A DNA stretch of 64,000 nucleotides from Neocallimastix sp. 'constans' (taxonomy: Eukaryota). Positions 17,723 to 31,990 of the stretch are shown here, piece by piece; positions within the stretch are counted from its first letter, which is position 1, and each line of letters opens with the position of its first letter. The DNA lies in assembly GCA_050613775.1 (NCBI GenBank), contig JBODTK010000153.1, forward strand, positions 62,001 to 126,000. Reading direction: 5' to 3'. The notes beneath the pieces were generated by a model, which saw only the letters and a list, made by a program, of their open reading frames with translations, ran no database searches and was not told where the DNA came from. The translations under genes and the position numbers were made by a program.

Positions 17723-20700
17723 TATTAAAGGAATTTATTTAATTATTAATTATTCATACATTTATTTATTTATTATAAAATATTATATTGACGAAAGTTG
17801 CGAATTTTCGTCTAAAGAATAAACAAATATTTTTATATAAACTATATTATTATTTCACGTGAATAAACAAGAATAAAGAGATTATTTACATGCGCATGAT
17901 AAATTTAATGATTTACATTTAATTATGTATTAACATAAATAATGTTAATTTACATTTTAAGTTTAGTTTTTACATAAATATTTATGATTTATATTTTCTA
18001 TTATTTAATTATAAACTTAAATTGTTAAGTTTATTTATTTATATTATTTAATACTTTAACACTCCCCCTCAAATCAGTTTTCATTTGTAATGAAAATTTG
18101 ATTTGCAAAGGTTGTCATTTTAGTTCCATTAACGCATTTTGTTAATGTGTCAGCTAGCATTTTATCGGTACTGATATATTTTAATTTAATTAAATTTTTC
18201 TCAATATTGTCTTTATTAAAATGATATTTGATTGAAATATGTTTTAATTTTGGATTTAATTCCCCATTTTCCATTGAAATTTTACTTGCATTATTATCAG
18301 TGAATAATGTTAGTGGTTTGTTAAATTTGAATAATTCATATAAGATATTTTTAATTCTTAATAATTTCTTTATACATACTGATGCACTTATGTATTCAGC
18401 TTCTGCTGTTGATGTGGCGACAACTGACTGTTTTTTCGAAGTCCAGGATATTGGATTATTTCCCATTAAGATAATATTACCTGACGTTGATTTTCTGTCA
18501 GTAACATCACCAGCGAAGTCTGAATCTGTGTAACCTACAATGTTACCAGTGCCATCATATTTAATTTTATAATTTTTAGTGTCTTTTAAATATTGTAATA
18601 TAGCTATAACTTTGTGTCAGTCAGATACTGTTGGATTTTCTGAATTTCTAGCGGCTTTATTAACTGAAAATGCGATGTCGGGTCTGGTACATTTTGATAA
18701 ATATATTAACATACCAATTGCACTTTTATATTTGGTTTTGTCGAATGGTTGATTATTTTCAGATTTAGTATTGTCACCAACACATGGTGTTCTTCTTACT
18801 CTTTGGTTGTTAATATTAAATTTTTTTAGAATATTGTTTATAAATTGAGTTTGTGATAATGAATATGTTTTATTATTATTTTCGACTTTAATTCCTAATA
18901 AGTAGTCAATCGGTCCAGATTTTGAGATTTTAAATTTATTTTTAATTTTATTGAAAATTTTGTTAATTTCTTCCTTTTCGCCAGTAACAATCATATCATC
19001 TACATATAAGCCTATTATACAAACTAATTTTTTGTTAATAACTTTCTTAAAAACACAACTTTCGGATTTTAGTTGCTCCATTCCTTGTTCTATTAAAAAT
19101 TTTGAAATAGTTTTATACCACTGTCGGCCAGATTGTTTTAAACCGTACAGTGCTTTGTTTAGTTTCCAATATCCCCTCCCAAAGTTAGGATCTCCAGGGG
19201 GAATTTTAACGTAAATGTCCTTGTCTAAATTCGCGTTGAGATACGCAGCTTTGATATCTAATTGTAGAATATCCCATTTAAATTTAGCAGCGAGAGCGAT
19301 AAGAAGCTTAAGACAATCAATATTTAAAGTAGGTGAGAAAGTCATTTCGTAATCAATACCATATTTTTGAATAAAGCCTTTAGCAACAAAGCGGGCTTTA
19401 TGTTTAATTACATGTCCAAGGCCATCGGTTTTAAGAGCGTAAACCCATTTGGAAGGAATAGATTTCTTACCATCTGGAATAGTATTAACAAAAGTCATAA
19501 TTTTATTGGTGTAAAGATTATCAAGTTCATTATCCATAGCTTTTTCCCATAGAGCATGGTCTTTGCAATTTGTGGCTTGGAAAAATGATTGTGGCACAAA
19601 ATATTCTAAGGAAGCAATAATTTTAGAATTAAAGTTTGATCTACGAAATTTTTGCGATTGGGAAGGTGTTAAATCGTCTGAAAGTGACCTTTTATGAAAA
19701 TTAAAATTAAAATGATTTTTATCATGTAAAAAATTATTTTTCTTAATTTTATATTGATTATTTGAAAATAAATAATCGATATTTCCATTTTCAAAATTTT
19801 TATTATTTTTGAAATGAAAGTTACTCCTATGATGAGGTAAATTAATTCTATTGAAAGGATTAGTATTAAAAGAATTTTGGTTATCTATGTGTAATTCTTT
19901 AACACTTCTTCTGCCGTTAAAAGGGAACTTTTTGTCAATGTAAGAAGAGATAATATTATTTCTATTAAACATAGTGTTTCCTTGAGAAGAAGAAGGAAAA
20001 TTATAATAATTTGAGTTTGATAAATTTTTTGATTGCAATATATTGTTAGTAGTACTGGTAGATATATTATTTTTAATATTTGTTTCAGAAAAATTTTTAT
20101 TAAAATTATCTATAATTATATTAGATTTATTAGAAGACATATTGGTTTGTTCATTGACTTTTTCTTGATTATTAAATTTCATATTAATTAAGGTTTCGTC
20201 ATTAATATCAAAAAATTTTTCTTCATCAAAAATTTCATTATTATTTTGAGTTTTAGAAATTTTAACTTTATTATTATTTGAATTTCCAGAAAAATTTTTC
20301 TCATGATTAAAATTATTATTTGATAAGGTTTCATTTAAATTTTTGTCTTTGTTTATTGAATTTTCTTCATTTTTTGAAAAATTTTTATTATCAGAAAAAT
20401 TTTCATCAGATGAATTTTTGAAATTATCTTGATTTTTGACATTTTGGTCCTCTTCTTCTTGAATTTTTGTAGGAATGTCCTTACCGATATTATTAGAAAA
20501 ATTGGTATCATTTTGATCCTCAGTTGCTGGGCTTTTACCTTTGTCTTTTTTGGGTAAATGTTCGTTATTTGAATTTTTATGATTTTGTTCATTAAGTCCA
20601 GTAGGTAATTTCTTTGAAGAAGGTCCCAAATTTTTGTTATTTTTCTTGAAATTTCCGTTATATTTATTTTCAGAAGATTTGTCATTGTGATGGCTATGAT

Positions 20701-23375
20701 CTAGATTGTCTTCCCCAGAAAATTGTGGTGAATTTTTTTGAAAAATAGAAATCAAAGGCTAGAAAGTCTTGGTCCCCATATTGATTAATTTTATTATTTG
20801 CTAATTTAATATTAGCAGGAGTATCCTCAAGACAGTATATTTCTCTACAGTAGTGGATTGAATAATCGTGAAAATCCATAATGATGTAACTGTTTGATTT
20901 TTCACTAAACCCAAGAAATATTCCTTTCTTGGAATTAGGTGAAAATTTTGATTTGTTTTGACTTCTGTCAATATAAAAAGAGATGCATCCGAATACTTTG
21001 ATATGATTAATTATTACTTTATTCATATAGAAAATTTCATCTGGAATTTTATTATGAATTCCAGAATGAGGAACTTTGTTGTATATATAATTGGCTTATA
21101 ATATCGCGAAGTCCCAAAAATTTTCACTTAGTCCACTCCAATATAGCAAGGTTTTTGCGCAGGAAACAATAGTTAAGTTAAATCTTTCGCATAATCCGTT
21201 ATTTTCTGGATTATACGGGGGAGAAAAAACCTTTTCTATTCCATTTTCATTGCAAAAGTAATCAATTTTCTTGTTTTTATATTCCTTTGCGTTATCAGAT
21301 TTAAAAACTTTTATTTTATAATCTTTGTATTTATTATTTAACATTCTTAAGGTATTAATGATAATGTCTGTAGCTTCTGATTTACTCTTCATAATAAAGA
21401 CCCATGATTTTCTTGATACTTCATCTAGGATAGTTAGTATAAACCTTTTTCCTGTGTATGATGTGTTAATTGGACCAATAATATCCGAGTGGATAACTTC
21501 TAATATTTCTTTGGCTCTGGGAGGAATTTTATTGTGTGGATTGCGTTTCATTTTCGCGATTCTGCAATCGTCACACTTATCTAAGTTAATTTCATGATGG
21601 TTTAGGAAGTTTTTCAAATCTTCTTGGTAGAAATGGCCAAGCCGTCGATGCCAAATTAGTTCTTCAGCATTACGAAAATTTTGAATTGCCATAATATTAT
21701 TCTTAGAGTTTCTTTCGTTTTCAATATTGAAATGAGTAACTACAATTTTAACTTCATTGTTATTATTAGCTTGGAATGTGGCAATAATATTATAATTGTT
21801 ATCTAAAATTCTGAGGATAATATTATTGTGTTTATCCTTTTCTGTCAAGGTTTTAACATCTTGTTTTGCCCATTCTATTCCACTAATAATATTTTTAGCT
21901 ACTTCTTTTGAATATAATACTTTGTTAAATTTAAAATGATAATTATTAATAGTAAATTCAAATTCACCATGGCCTTCAAAATAGCAATAAGTATTATTTG
22001 CACATCTTAACTTTATTTTTTCTTTTTTAAAATTTTTAAGCAGACTTAGATCATTAGTTATATGTTCACCAACACCTGAATCATATAACCATTCTGATGT
22101 TTCTTTTTTATTGTAATTAATATTAAAAATTTCATTTGTATTATTTGTATTTATTTCCTTTTTATTAATATTATTTATAAAAATTTCTTTAGCTAAATTT
22201 AATTTATTTTCTACTCGTGTTATTATATTATTTTTAATTAAAACTTCATTTTAACGTCTTCTTTATCATAATTTATGAAACAATTTGATTTTTCAGATTC
22301 TTGATATTCATCTGAATCATCATCATCCACATATTTTCCTTTGCTTTTAGGATTATAATATTTATAAAACATTGGGCGGATATCATCATACGATACATTT
22401 TCGTTGTATTCATTATTTAAATTAATGTATCTAACGGCTCTTCCATTTTGCCCATTATAATGTGGATGATAATTGTTTCTGTATTTATGTTCATCTTGAA
22501 TGTAGTACTTGTTATATAATCCTTTTGGATTTCTTGGGTTATATCTACATTCTTTGGTGGAATGGCCTCCTTTTTCACATATTTCACAGAATTTATTATT
22601 ATTGCTATATTTATTACTATTAAATTTATCTTTATTGTTTTGTTTACTTGGATTTCCTTTTTTGGGAAAATTTTTATTATTGTTCTTGTTTTTTAAATTT
22701 TTCCTATCCTTGTGTCCAAGTTTCCCAGCATAATCTATATCCATCGGATCATCAGAGTCATTTCCATTTTGGGTAACATCGTCGACATAAATCCAGGTGT
22801 TTATGTCGTTTACGATGGTGGTCCTAAGATTTTCAGCATTTTCATTGCCATTTAATGTTATTTTCTTTTTGTAACTTGTAGGCAATGATTTTAATATGTA
22901 TTTAACTTTTTCCTTTTCGGAAATATTATTTCCGGAAGATTCCATACCTTTAAATAATTTAAATAGTCTTTTTAAGGTAAATGGAATATCTTCCTCTTTC
23001 TTCGCTTTTACTTCTCTTAATTTATTCATCCATTGAGTCATATCATTTTCATTGAGTTTGTACTCCCCTTCTAAATATTCGATTATTTCACGAGGGGTAG
23101 TCATTCCGATTATGTCCTCATGAATTTTGGTACATATGGTATTTTTTATGATGTAGCGGACTTTTGTATTATTCCTTCTTGCATTTTCTATATCGTCCGC
23201 ATTACTATTTGTGGCCTTTTCTTTTTCTTTTACTACATCTTTTATTAGATATTCCTCTAAGCCATCCTTTTCGAGGACATCTTTCAAACTATCATACCAT
23301 ATGTTATAATTTTTGCCATTCAATATGGCTTCCTTTTTGAAAAATAAAGATTCGTTCATAAATATTTTATTATTA

Positions 23376-23406
<31 letters not shown>

Positions 23407-23912
23407 AAATTAGTATTATAATGATTTTGTGTTTTATTAAAAACAATTTTGTGTTATATTAAACAATTTTATTTATATTTAATTTAATTATTATTTTATT
23501 TTATTAAAGATATTTTATATTATTTTATCTTTGTTTTATGAGAATGTTAAGAGTACAAATGAGACTCTTAATCTATTAAAGGAATTTATTTAATTATTAA
23601 TTATTCATACATTTATTTATTTATTATAAAATATTATATTGACGAAAGTCGCGAATTTTCGTCTAAAGAATAAACAAATATTTTTATATAAACTATATTA
23701 TTATTTCACGTGAATAAACAAGAATAAAGAGATTATTTACATGGGCATGATAAATTTAATGATTTACATTTAATTATGTATTAACATAAATAATGTTAAT
23801 TTACATTTTAAGTTTAGTTTTTACATAAATATTTATGATTTATATTTTCTATTATTTAATTATAAACTTAAATTGTTAAGTTTATTTATTTATATTATTT
23901 AATACTTTAACA
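17723..23912 (-). mobile_element. Full-length Ty1/Copia element 'A' (recent insertion, ORF disrupted)
   Basis: 339-bp LTRs at 17723-18061 and 23574-23912 (2 substitutions seen). TSD ATAAT at 17718-17722 and 23913-23917. Polypurine tract (PPT) TTTGAGGGGGAG next to 18061. PBS at 23559-23573. Domain order gag-PR-IN-RT-RH. Confidence 0.97.
18074..23359 (-). pseudogene. Copia A gag-pol with lesions
   Basis: Gag CCHC knuckle (CEICEKGGHSTKEC), PR WLYDSGVGEH, IN WHRRLGH/SDNAKEY, RT YVDD, RH SWTSKKQ...AEAEY. Frame breaks near 22250 and 20735 (A-runs); stops at 21096 and 18617. Confidence 0.92.
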
Positions 23913-24589
23913 ATAATTATTTTTATATAATTATTATATTATTTATAAATAGGTAAATAAATAAAATACAAACTTTTATAATACTGACATATAAATTCAA
24001 TTATTTATTATTTATATATAACAAATATAATTATTAAAAATTAATTTATTATTAATTAAAAAATGAAAATAAATTTACATCAGAATTAATTTATTTTATT
24101 AATAATATATGTAAAAGTTTTAAAAAAATTGTTTTAATTTTAACCATTGTTTAAATTAAAAATAAAATTATGAACTTTCTTTTTTTAAAAAAAATAGTTT
24201 TAAATACTAATAATAATAAATGATTTATTAAATCATAATTATATATAAAGTATAAAAAGAAAAAATTAAAATATTAGTATAATATACCTTAATTTTATAG
24301 GAATTATAAATTATATTTACAGTTTAAGAAATTATTGTTTAATTATTGTATATGTCATTGAATTTATTTAGATAAAATCTGATATTTATATTAATTATTT
24401 ATATAACATTTTCATTTTATGTCCACAAAAATTTAAAAATTTCATATATATATAAATAAATAAATAAATAATAATAATATTATGAACATATACCTAATCA
24501 TAGCCACTAGATAAGTTATAATAGGAAGATGGTAATAACTGCTATCGAATGATATATACTCTCGTTAGCGATATATAAGTATATGCGAT

Positions 24590-25375
24590 ATATCCAATTG
24601 TGAACTAATTAAATATTTTTTAGGAATTACTATTGAAAATAAAAATAAACATTAAAGAAACTTCGTTGATAACTTATTTAAATCGTACAAAATTAACAAT
24701 ATTAAAAAATGTAATACACCTTTTGATAACAACATATCAGAAAATTGTGAACATTTTGACTCAACTATATATAAAAGCGCCGTTTTTGGTTCAATCATCT
24801 ATTTGGCTAAATGTTTTCAACCTGACATTTCATTCTCAGTTCATAAATCCATATGACATTGTGAAAATCCTACAATTTCTGACTGGAGGAGAGTATTAAA
24901 TATTTTTAAATATTTAAAAAATACTAATAATTTTAGACTTTTATATAATGGACAAGGGAAAAATCATTCTAAAAAAAATACTGATTTCTCAGGAGATAAA
25001 GAAGACAGAAAATCTACATGTCATATTATTTTAATGGGTAATTCACCTATTTGTTTATGCTCTAAGAAACAAAACACACTTTCTACTTCTACTGCTGAAG
25101 CTGAATATATGAGTACATCTGAATGCTAAACAAAGTATTGTGAATTAGAAATATATGCTAATTGAATTGTTCAATAATAAACCATAAATAATAATATATA
25201 CAGATAATTTGGCATCAAAATTTGCTTTGAAAGGTAAAATTAATACAAAACTTTAACATATATCTATAAAATATTATAAATAATAATACTTTAATAAAGA
25301 TGATATTATAAATAATGGAATAAAACTAGAATATAAAAATATTATTGAAATACTTTCTTACGCTTTAACTATAAA
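24590..25375 (+). pseudogene. Highly degraded Copia RT/RNase H fragment
   Basis: Broken frames give KYFLGITIE, IIYLAKCFQPDISFSVHK, CENPTISDW, DFSGDKEDRKST, ILMGNSPI, SKKQNTLSTSTAEAEY. Confidence 0.9.
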
Positions 25376-27985
25376 ATAATTTCTTCAAATTAATATTAAT
25401 TATTTCTAATTTACATTAATTAGAGAAAATTAATATAATTAAATAAATAAAAACAAACAAACAAATAAAAAATTAAGCATTTTATTAATTAAATAGAAAT
25501 ATATTTTTAATTTATCATTTTTAGTATAATATAATTAATTTCATTATTTATTTTATTTATTCAATATAGATATGTCTTTTATATTTTCATCATTTTTAAT
25601 TTTACTTTACGATATTGCAATATTATAAGTATTTTTATATTTTAACAAGAAGTTTTTTTTTTTTAAAAAAAAAAAATTTAGATATAAATATAAATATATT
25701 TAAAATTTTCAACTTATTCCAATTCTATTAATTCTTAAATAATATTTTGTTATTCTTTCGAGTTTGATTCTTGATTTAATTCATAAAATTATTCTTTCTA
25801 ATTAATATTATCATATTTTTTTATTCCCTTAATCAATATCATTATTTTTAATATACTTTGAAAACAATATTATAAATTGTATTTAAATTTTATTTGTAAT
25901 TTGGTATTTTTTGTCTTATAAAATTCTATATATTAAATCACGCATTACTAGATCCCAATTAATGTGGTATTAAAATTTTAGTTTATTATATCATATGTAA
26001 TAGTAATGACTCCTGTTATTTCAATTATATGGTTTATTATTTCTTTCCTATTTTTAATTTTGAATTAAAGACAAATTCTTATTTGCAAATAGATAAAAAA
26101 TTACATTATTGTTGATAGAAAAAAAAAAAAAAAAAACACAAATATATGTATTTATAATATATATTTTATTCTGATTTTAACATTAAGTAAATATTACATT
26201 CACTTGGGTATAAATTTGAAAACTACATTAAAAAAAATTATTATTTTTTAGTAATTATATTTTATCCTTTACTTGATTTATATATATATATTAATTTGTT
26301 TCAAATGATTAAAGTTTTAATTCCTAAAGCTTTTAATTTGTTTAATTCTATTTCAAATTCATATTTATTTTCTAATTACTTTGTTTTTAATATATATATA
26401 TATATTTAAATTGAGAATTAACTATTCAATGATTTTTTTATATAGTGTTAATAATCTTTAAATAAAAATAATAACAAAATTAATATATATATATATATAT
26501 AAATTAAATATAAAAAAATCAATGATAAAATAAATTAAATAAAAATTTAAAAATAAATAAAAATTTTTTTTGTTAATATATAATTAAACTTCCAGAACAT
26601 GAGGAACGTGTTAGAATTGAAATTAATACCAAAAATCTATTGAAGATAATTCAAAAATTCTTAAATTAATAGATTATCAAATTATTAATAAGATAGAAAG
26701 TTCTTCTGAAAATGGTTCACTTCAAGAATTTAGACAAAATATTTAAAAGAACAAGAAAGGGTTTACCATTTGATTTAATATTTAAAATTTTAATTAATGT
26801 ATGTAATAGTTTAGAAGAATTTTATAAGAGAATTATGGCATTTATAAATATTGAATTAACAGTTAATTTTTATTTGGAAAATAAAATATAATTAATATAT
26901 TAATAATATTGAAATAATTTAAACCAGAACCTTGTATAGCTTATAGAGATTTTAAAGTATATTATTTATATTCACAATTAAATATTTTAATATAATAAAT
27001 TTCAATAATAATGTTATAAAAATTTAAATTTATTTCAAATATTGCTTTGTATATGAAAAACATAATGTTCTAATAGATTTAGATTCTGTTTCATCAACTA
27101 GAAGTAAATATAATAAATTTGACATAATTATAAATAACAATTAATATTAATAAATAATAAGATTAATAAATAAATGGTATGGTTAATATAGTTTTAGGAA
27201 TATAATAATAATTAACACAAACAATAAAATTATAATAAAAAAAAAATAATTTGTTTTAAAATCAATATTTATTTATTTAAATTTATAAAAGAAAAATAAT
27301 AATATAATTATTTATTTAATAAAAGTAAGTTATTGATTATATTTTATTTCACTAAAAATTACATATATTTATATTTTTTTATCAAATTAAAATTTGTAAA
27401 GCCTAACTATTTCTTAATAAACTAATTACTAATTATTTTAATAAATAAAACATTTAAATTGAAATTGAATTATTATTTTAGTTAATAATATTATTGTTAT
27501 AAATATTAGTTTTATATTATTGAATTATTAATTATTTAATAATAGTTTAATATTAATATATATAAAATAAAAATAAAGAGATTATACAGAATATTTTAAT
27601 TGTGGTTTAGTTAAATTTAGTAATTAAAAATAAATTTAAATTGATAACGAAAATTTTAATAACTAATTAAATAGATTTGATTATTTTCAACATAACATAT
27701 TACAAAAGAATATAATATTAATATATTAAGTGGGCAAGGACAATATTCTTGGCTAAAGATTTTTAATACATTATAATGGAATCGGATCGATAATTCAAAA
27801 AGGAATTATATTTTGATTGGTGGTTTATTAACTTAAGATTTCTATTTAGTAATATTTGAAGAATATTGGAAAGTTCCAATTATATAGAATAGAATAATCT
27901 ATAAGTTTAGAATAATTTATATTATTCTAGCACAATTAGTATTATTTGTTCATTCTGTATTATGATGCCCCCGCTAAGACTCAAG

Positions 27986-30900
27986 CTAGGTAGAAGCTGA
28001 GTTAAACTTGACAATCTTTTTCAAATGAACATTACGATTCATTTGTATATTAGTAGCAGGGTCGGCTAAAGTGACTGTATTGAATTGTTTCTTTACCACT
28101 TTCATAGGTCCAACAAAGTAAGGCTCTAATTTAGTTCTATTAAAGTTTCTTACTAGTACTAAATCACTAAATCATCTGGTTTTATTCTTTTAGCTTGATT
28201 CATACTGGTCTTTTCTTCTCTCCTAGTAGCCCAATACTTTGAAGCATTTTTGATATTAGATGCGGCCTCCATTACCCATTGGTAGTGTGATACAAATTTT
28301 TCCAGTAGAATTTCGTCAGAAGACTTATTTATACCCTTAGTTGGTCTGGCAGCAATGTCAAAAGGTTGTTGGTCCTCCCTTCCATAAACTAATTCAAAAC
28401 TTGAATGGTTGGTGATTGAGTTTTTAGTAGTTCTTAAAGCCCAAAGTGCAGATGGTAAAATTTCATCCCTCTCTTTGTATTGTTGTCCTAGTAATCGTAA
28501 TAATTTTCCAATTTCTTTATTACGATTCTCAACTAAACCATTACTTTCAGGATGATATGGAGTGATAAATTTAACATATACATCATATAAATCAAGGAAG
28601 ATTTTTGTCATATCTGATGTAAATTGTGTTCCATTATCAATAGTGATAATTTGAGGTACACCGTGTCGAGCAAATACATTAATTAAAAATTTTATCACAT
28701 CCTGAGAAGTAACATTTTCGGTGGGCTCTGCCTCAACCCATTTAGTAAAATAATCAACCACAACGATTATATATTGATTATTATTTCTGGTTTTACTTAG
28801 AGGTCCTATAATGTTCAATCCTAAGTGTGTAAATGGTCCTTCCACTTCAGTTGGTTTATCTTCCGTTGGTTCAGGGTATGGTTGAGATTTATTTAATTGA
28901 CATTTTTCACATTTACCTATAATTCGCTTAATGTCATTAACCATATTGTTCCAATAGTAGCTCTTTTTCAAACGTTGGTATGTCTTGTAATAGCCTTCGT
29001 GTCCTATACTGTGTGCTTGGAAAATTAATTGAAGTTTTTCTTTTGTATCTGTAACTAATTTTCTATAATTATTGCCATCAACAAAGTAGTCCACACCATC
29101 AATTGTCGTAAATTTTTCTTCAATAAATTCCTTAATGGTTCTTGAAAGCAGGTTTTCATCTTGTTCTTTGATAATTTGTATTGTTAAGACAACTTTTTCT
29201 TTTTCATTTTTCATTCTTGATAAAGCGACTGCAACAACATTATTCTTCCCAGCTTCATATCGTAAATCAATTCCTAACATACTGACAGTCAAACACCATC
29301 TAGTATGACGAGAATTTTGTGGCTCCTTACTTTTAAGTAATCCGATTAAGGGTCTATGATCTGTATATACTATAGTTTGCTTAGGATTTCCCATAATATA
29401 AGATTTTAATTTATTAATACAGTAAATTAGAGCAGCACCTTCTAGATCCGTAATTCCATAATTCTTTTCCGATTTAGATAAACTTCTACTAATATAATGA
29501 ACCGGATGTTCCTTTCCAGTTTCATCATCCTTTTGTAAAAGCACACCGCCTATACCATCATAGGAAGCATCAGTTCTTATAATAAATTCTCTATCAAATC
29601 TAGGAAATCTTAATATTGGGGCATTGATTAATCTTTCCTTAAATATTTTAAAACTTTCTTCATGCTCCTTTTTCCATTCAAACTTAACACCTTTTCTTAA
29701 TAGAGTGCAGAGAGGAGCAGTAACTTTTGCAAAGTCCTTAATGAAATTTCTATAATATCCAATGGCTCCTAAAAATGATCGAAGTTCATGAATGTTAGAG
29801 GGAGCCTTCCATTCTTTAATAGCTATAACTTTATTATCCAATGGACTTAAACCTTCTGAGGATACTTTATGTCCCAGTACTTCTACTTCAGTTTGCATGA
29901 AAGAACATTTTTCGATAATGATTTTTAACTTATGTTCCTTGAATATTTCTAAGACTTGTTTAAGATGTTCTAGATGTTCTTCTTCAGTTCTTGAGTAGAT
30001 TAAAATATCATCGATAAAGTTATAGACACATTTTCCTATTAAGGGGAATAGTATACGGTTCATTTCTCTTTGGAATGTAGCTGGAGCACCTGTCAAACCG
30101 AAAGGCATTACCTTGAATTGGTAGCTTCCGAACTTGGTTGTAAAGATAGTGATTTCAACACTATCATCATCCATTAATATTTGATGATAACCGGAATAAA
30201 GATCTAATGTTGAGAAGATTTTTGCTCCATCTAAGCTATCAAAAATTTCCTCAATATTTGGTAAAGAATAAGAATCCTTCTTAGTTGCTTCATTTACTTT
30301 CCTATAGTCAATACACAGGCGCCATTTACCGTTCTTTTTAGGCACAAGTACTACTGGTGATGACCATTCTGAACATGAAGGTTCAATTAATCGTCTATAT
30401 ATGAGTTTGTTTAATTCTTCTTTTAAGATATCTGTTTTTAATTTACTAAGACGATAAAATTTTTGTTTAATAGGTTTAACTCCTTCCTTAAGAATAATTT
30501 TGTGTGGTGATAAATCTGAAGGTGTTAATTCTTCAGAAGAAGTTGCAATTATATCAATATATTCTTCAAGTAATTTAGTAATAGCTTCTCTATAATTTGA
30601 AATAATTGTACTTTAAAAAACTGTGTCATATATATATTTTATGGGTGCTAATCCTTCAATCGTTTTCAATTGTTGCTTAGCTTCTTGGTGATTCAATGCC
30701 TTGATTACACACAATAATTTTTCTTCGTCATCGTATTCATTATTAATAAGTGTAATTTCTTCAATTAAACCTTGATCATTAAATCGACAAAGACTATATC
30801 TAATTGGATGTATAAATAACTGGTTATCAATTTGAGTTTTGAGGTTGATTAATATATCATAGAATGGATCCTCCTTGTCTATAATTCTACACGTAACAAG

Positions 30901-31990
30901 TAGTTCTAGTTCATTAATTTTTAAGGGAACTTTGATTAACACATCTTCTGAGTAATCGTCGTTCATCGTTGCTAAACGTATTTGTCCTGCACTAACTCCT
31001 ATAGGTTCATACTGATAAGGTAATTTATCTAAAAATTGCTTTGTGATAATACTTAAGTTGCTACATGAATCTATTAAAGCCTTACCATGAACTCCATCTA
31101 CTATTACATCAACCATAGCAATATCATCTTCTTGTGGTTCATTATGTTTACTTTTATATGTATGATCTATATTGTTCGTAATTATTGTGGTAGCACACAT
31201 ATTATCCACTGCACCTGAAATTTTAGTATTATTCTTTTCTAATTTAAGTCCTTGAGATACTTGAGACCGTATCTTTGGAGCAACCTTCAATAATTGTCCA
31301 AATGTAATATTGCAATTACTGGAGTTTAAATCTTTGATCACGTCATAACTATCACAATCAGTTTGCATTTGTATTCTTCTTGGAATTCTAGTTGGCATAA
31401 TTTCAGTTGACTTTTCTGATGATTTTTCTTGAATTAATTTATTTAAAGTTTGTTTAGAATTATTTCCTTCCTTAGAAGTTTCTTCATTAATAATATTAAC
31501 ATTACTATTTTTATTATTTTCCACAGAAGTACTAGTACTAGCTCTTTCCTTATCTCTTAGCTCTTTCTCAATCCTCTTTTCTTTCTCTATTCTGGGTTGA
31601 GCCATAATCGAAAGATGTAATTGAGTTGTTGGCTTTTTGACTGGTCGCGATGTTCCCCTTAATTGATTTTCTTTTTGTTTTCGTAAACCTGAAGTAACTA
31701 TTGGCTTAGGATCATCTCTTAGACTACGGTGAACCCTCCTTTCCTCTTTGGTCACTAGTCTCTTCATCTTTATGATTTGCCTTTCTCTTTATAACGTTTA
31801 CTAAGTAATCCAATTCTTTGGAACCATCCGACTCATCATTAAAATCTTCGTAATAATCCATAGTTGTACCTTCTTGGAAATAAGCAGTTTCTTCATGATC
31901 ATCTTCTTTTAAGTCAACTGTTTTGGGACTATGGCAGACTGAAGCAATTTTTTTGACGATGGGAGTGTTTCTACTCCCTTTTAGTGGTTT
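27986..31990 (-). pseudogene. Gypsy D pol (PR-RT-RH-IN), disrupted
   Basis: PR ALIDSCS, RT WRLCIDYR/FIDD, RH TDASYDG, IN HSIGH...CEKC. Stops and frameshifts at ~31780, 30613 and 28159. Confidence 0.92.

Noticed and set aside
26590..27110. Slightly GC-richer stretch that looks like decayed coding sequence
   Set aside because: Frames are broken and no recognisable motif was found; it cannot be assigned without a search.
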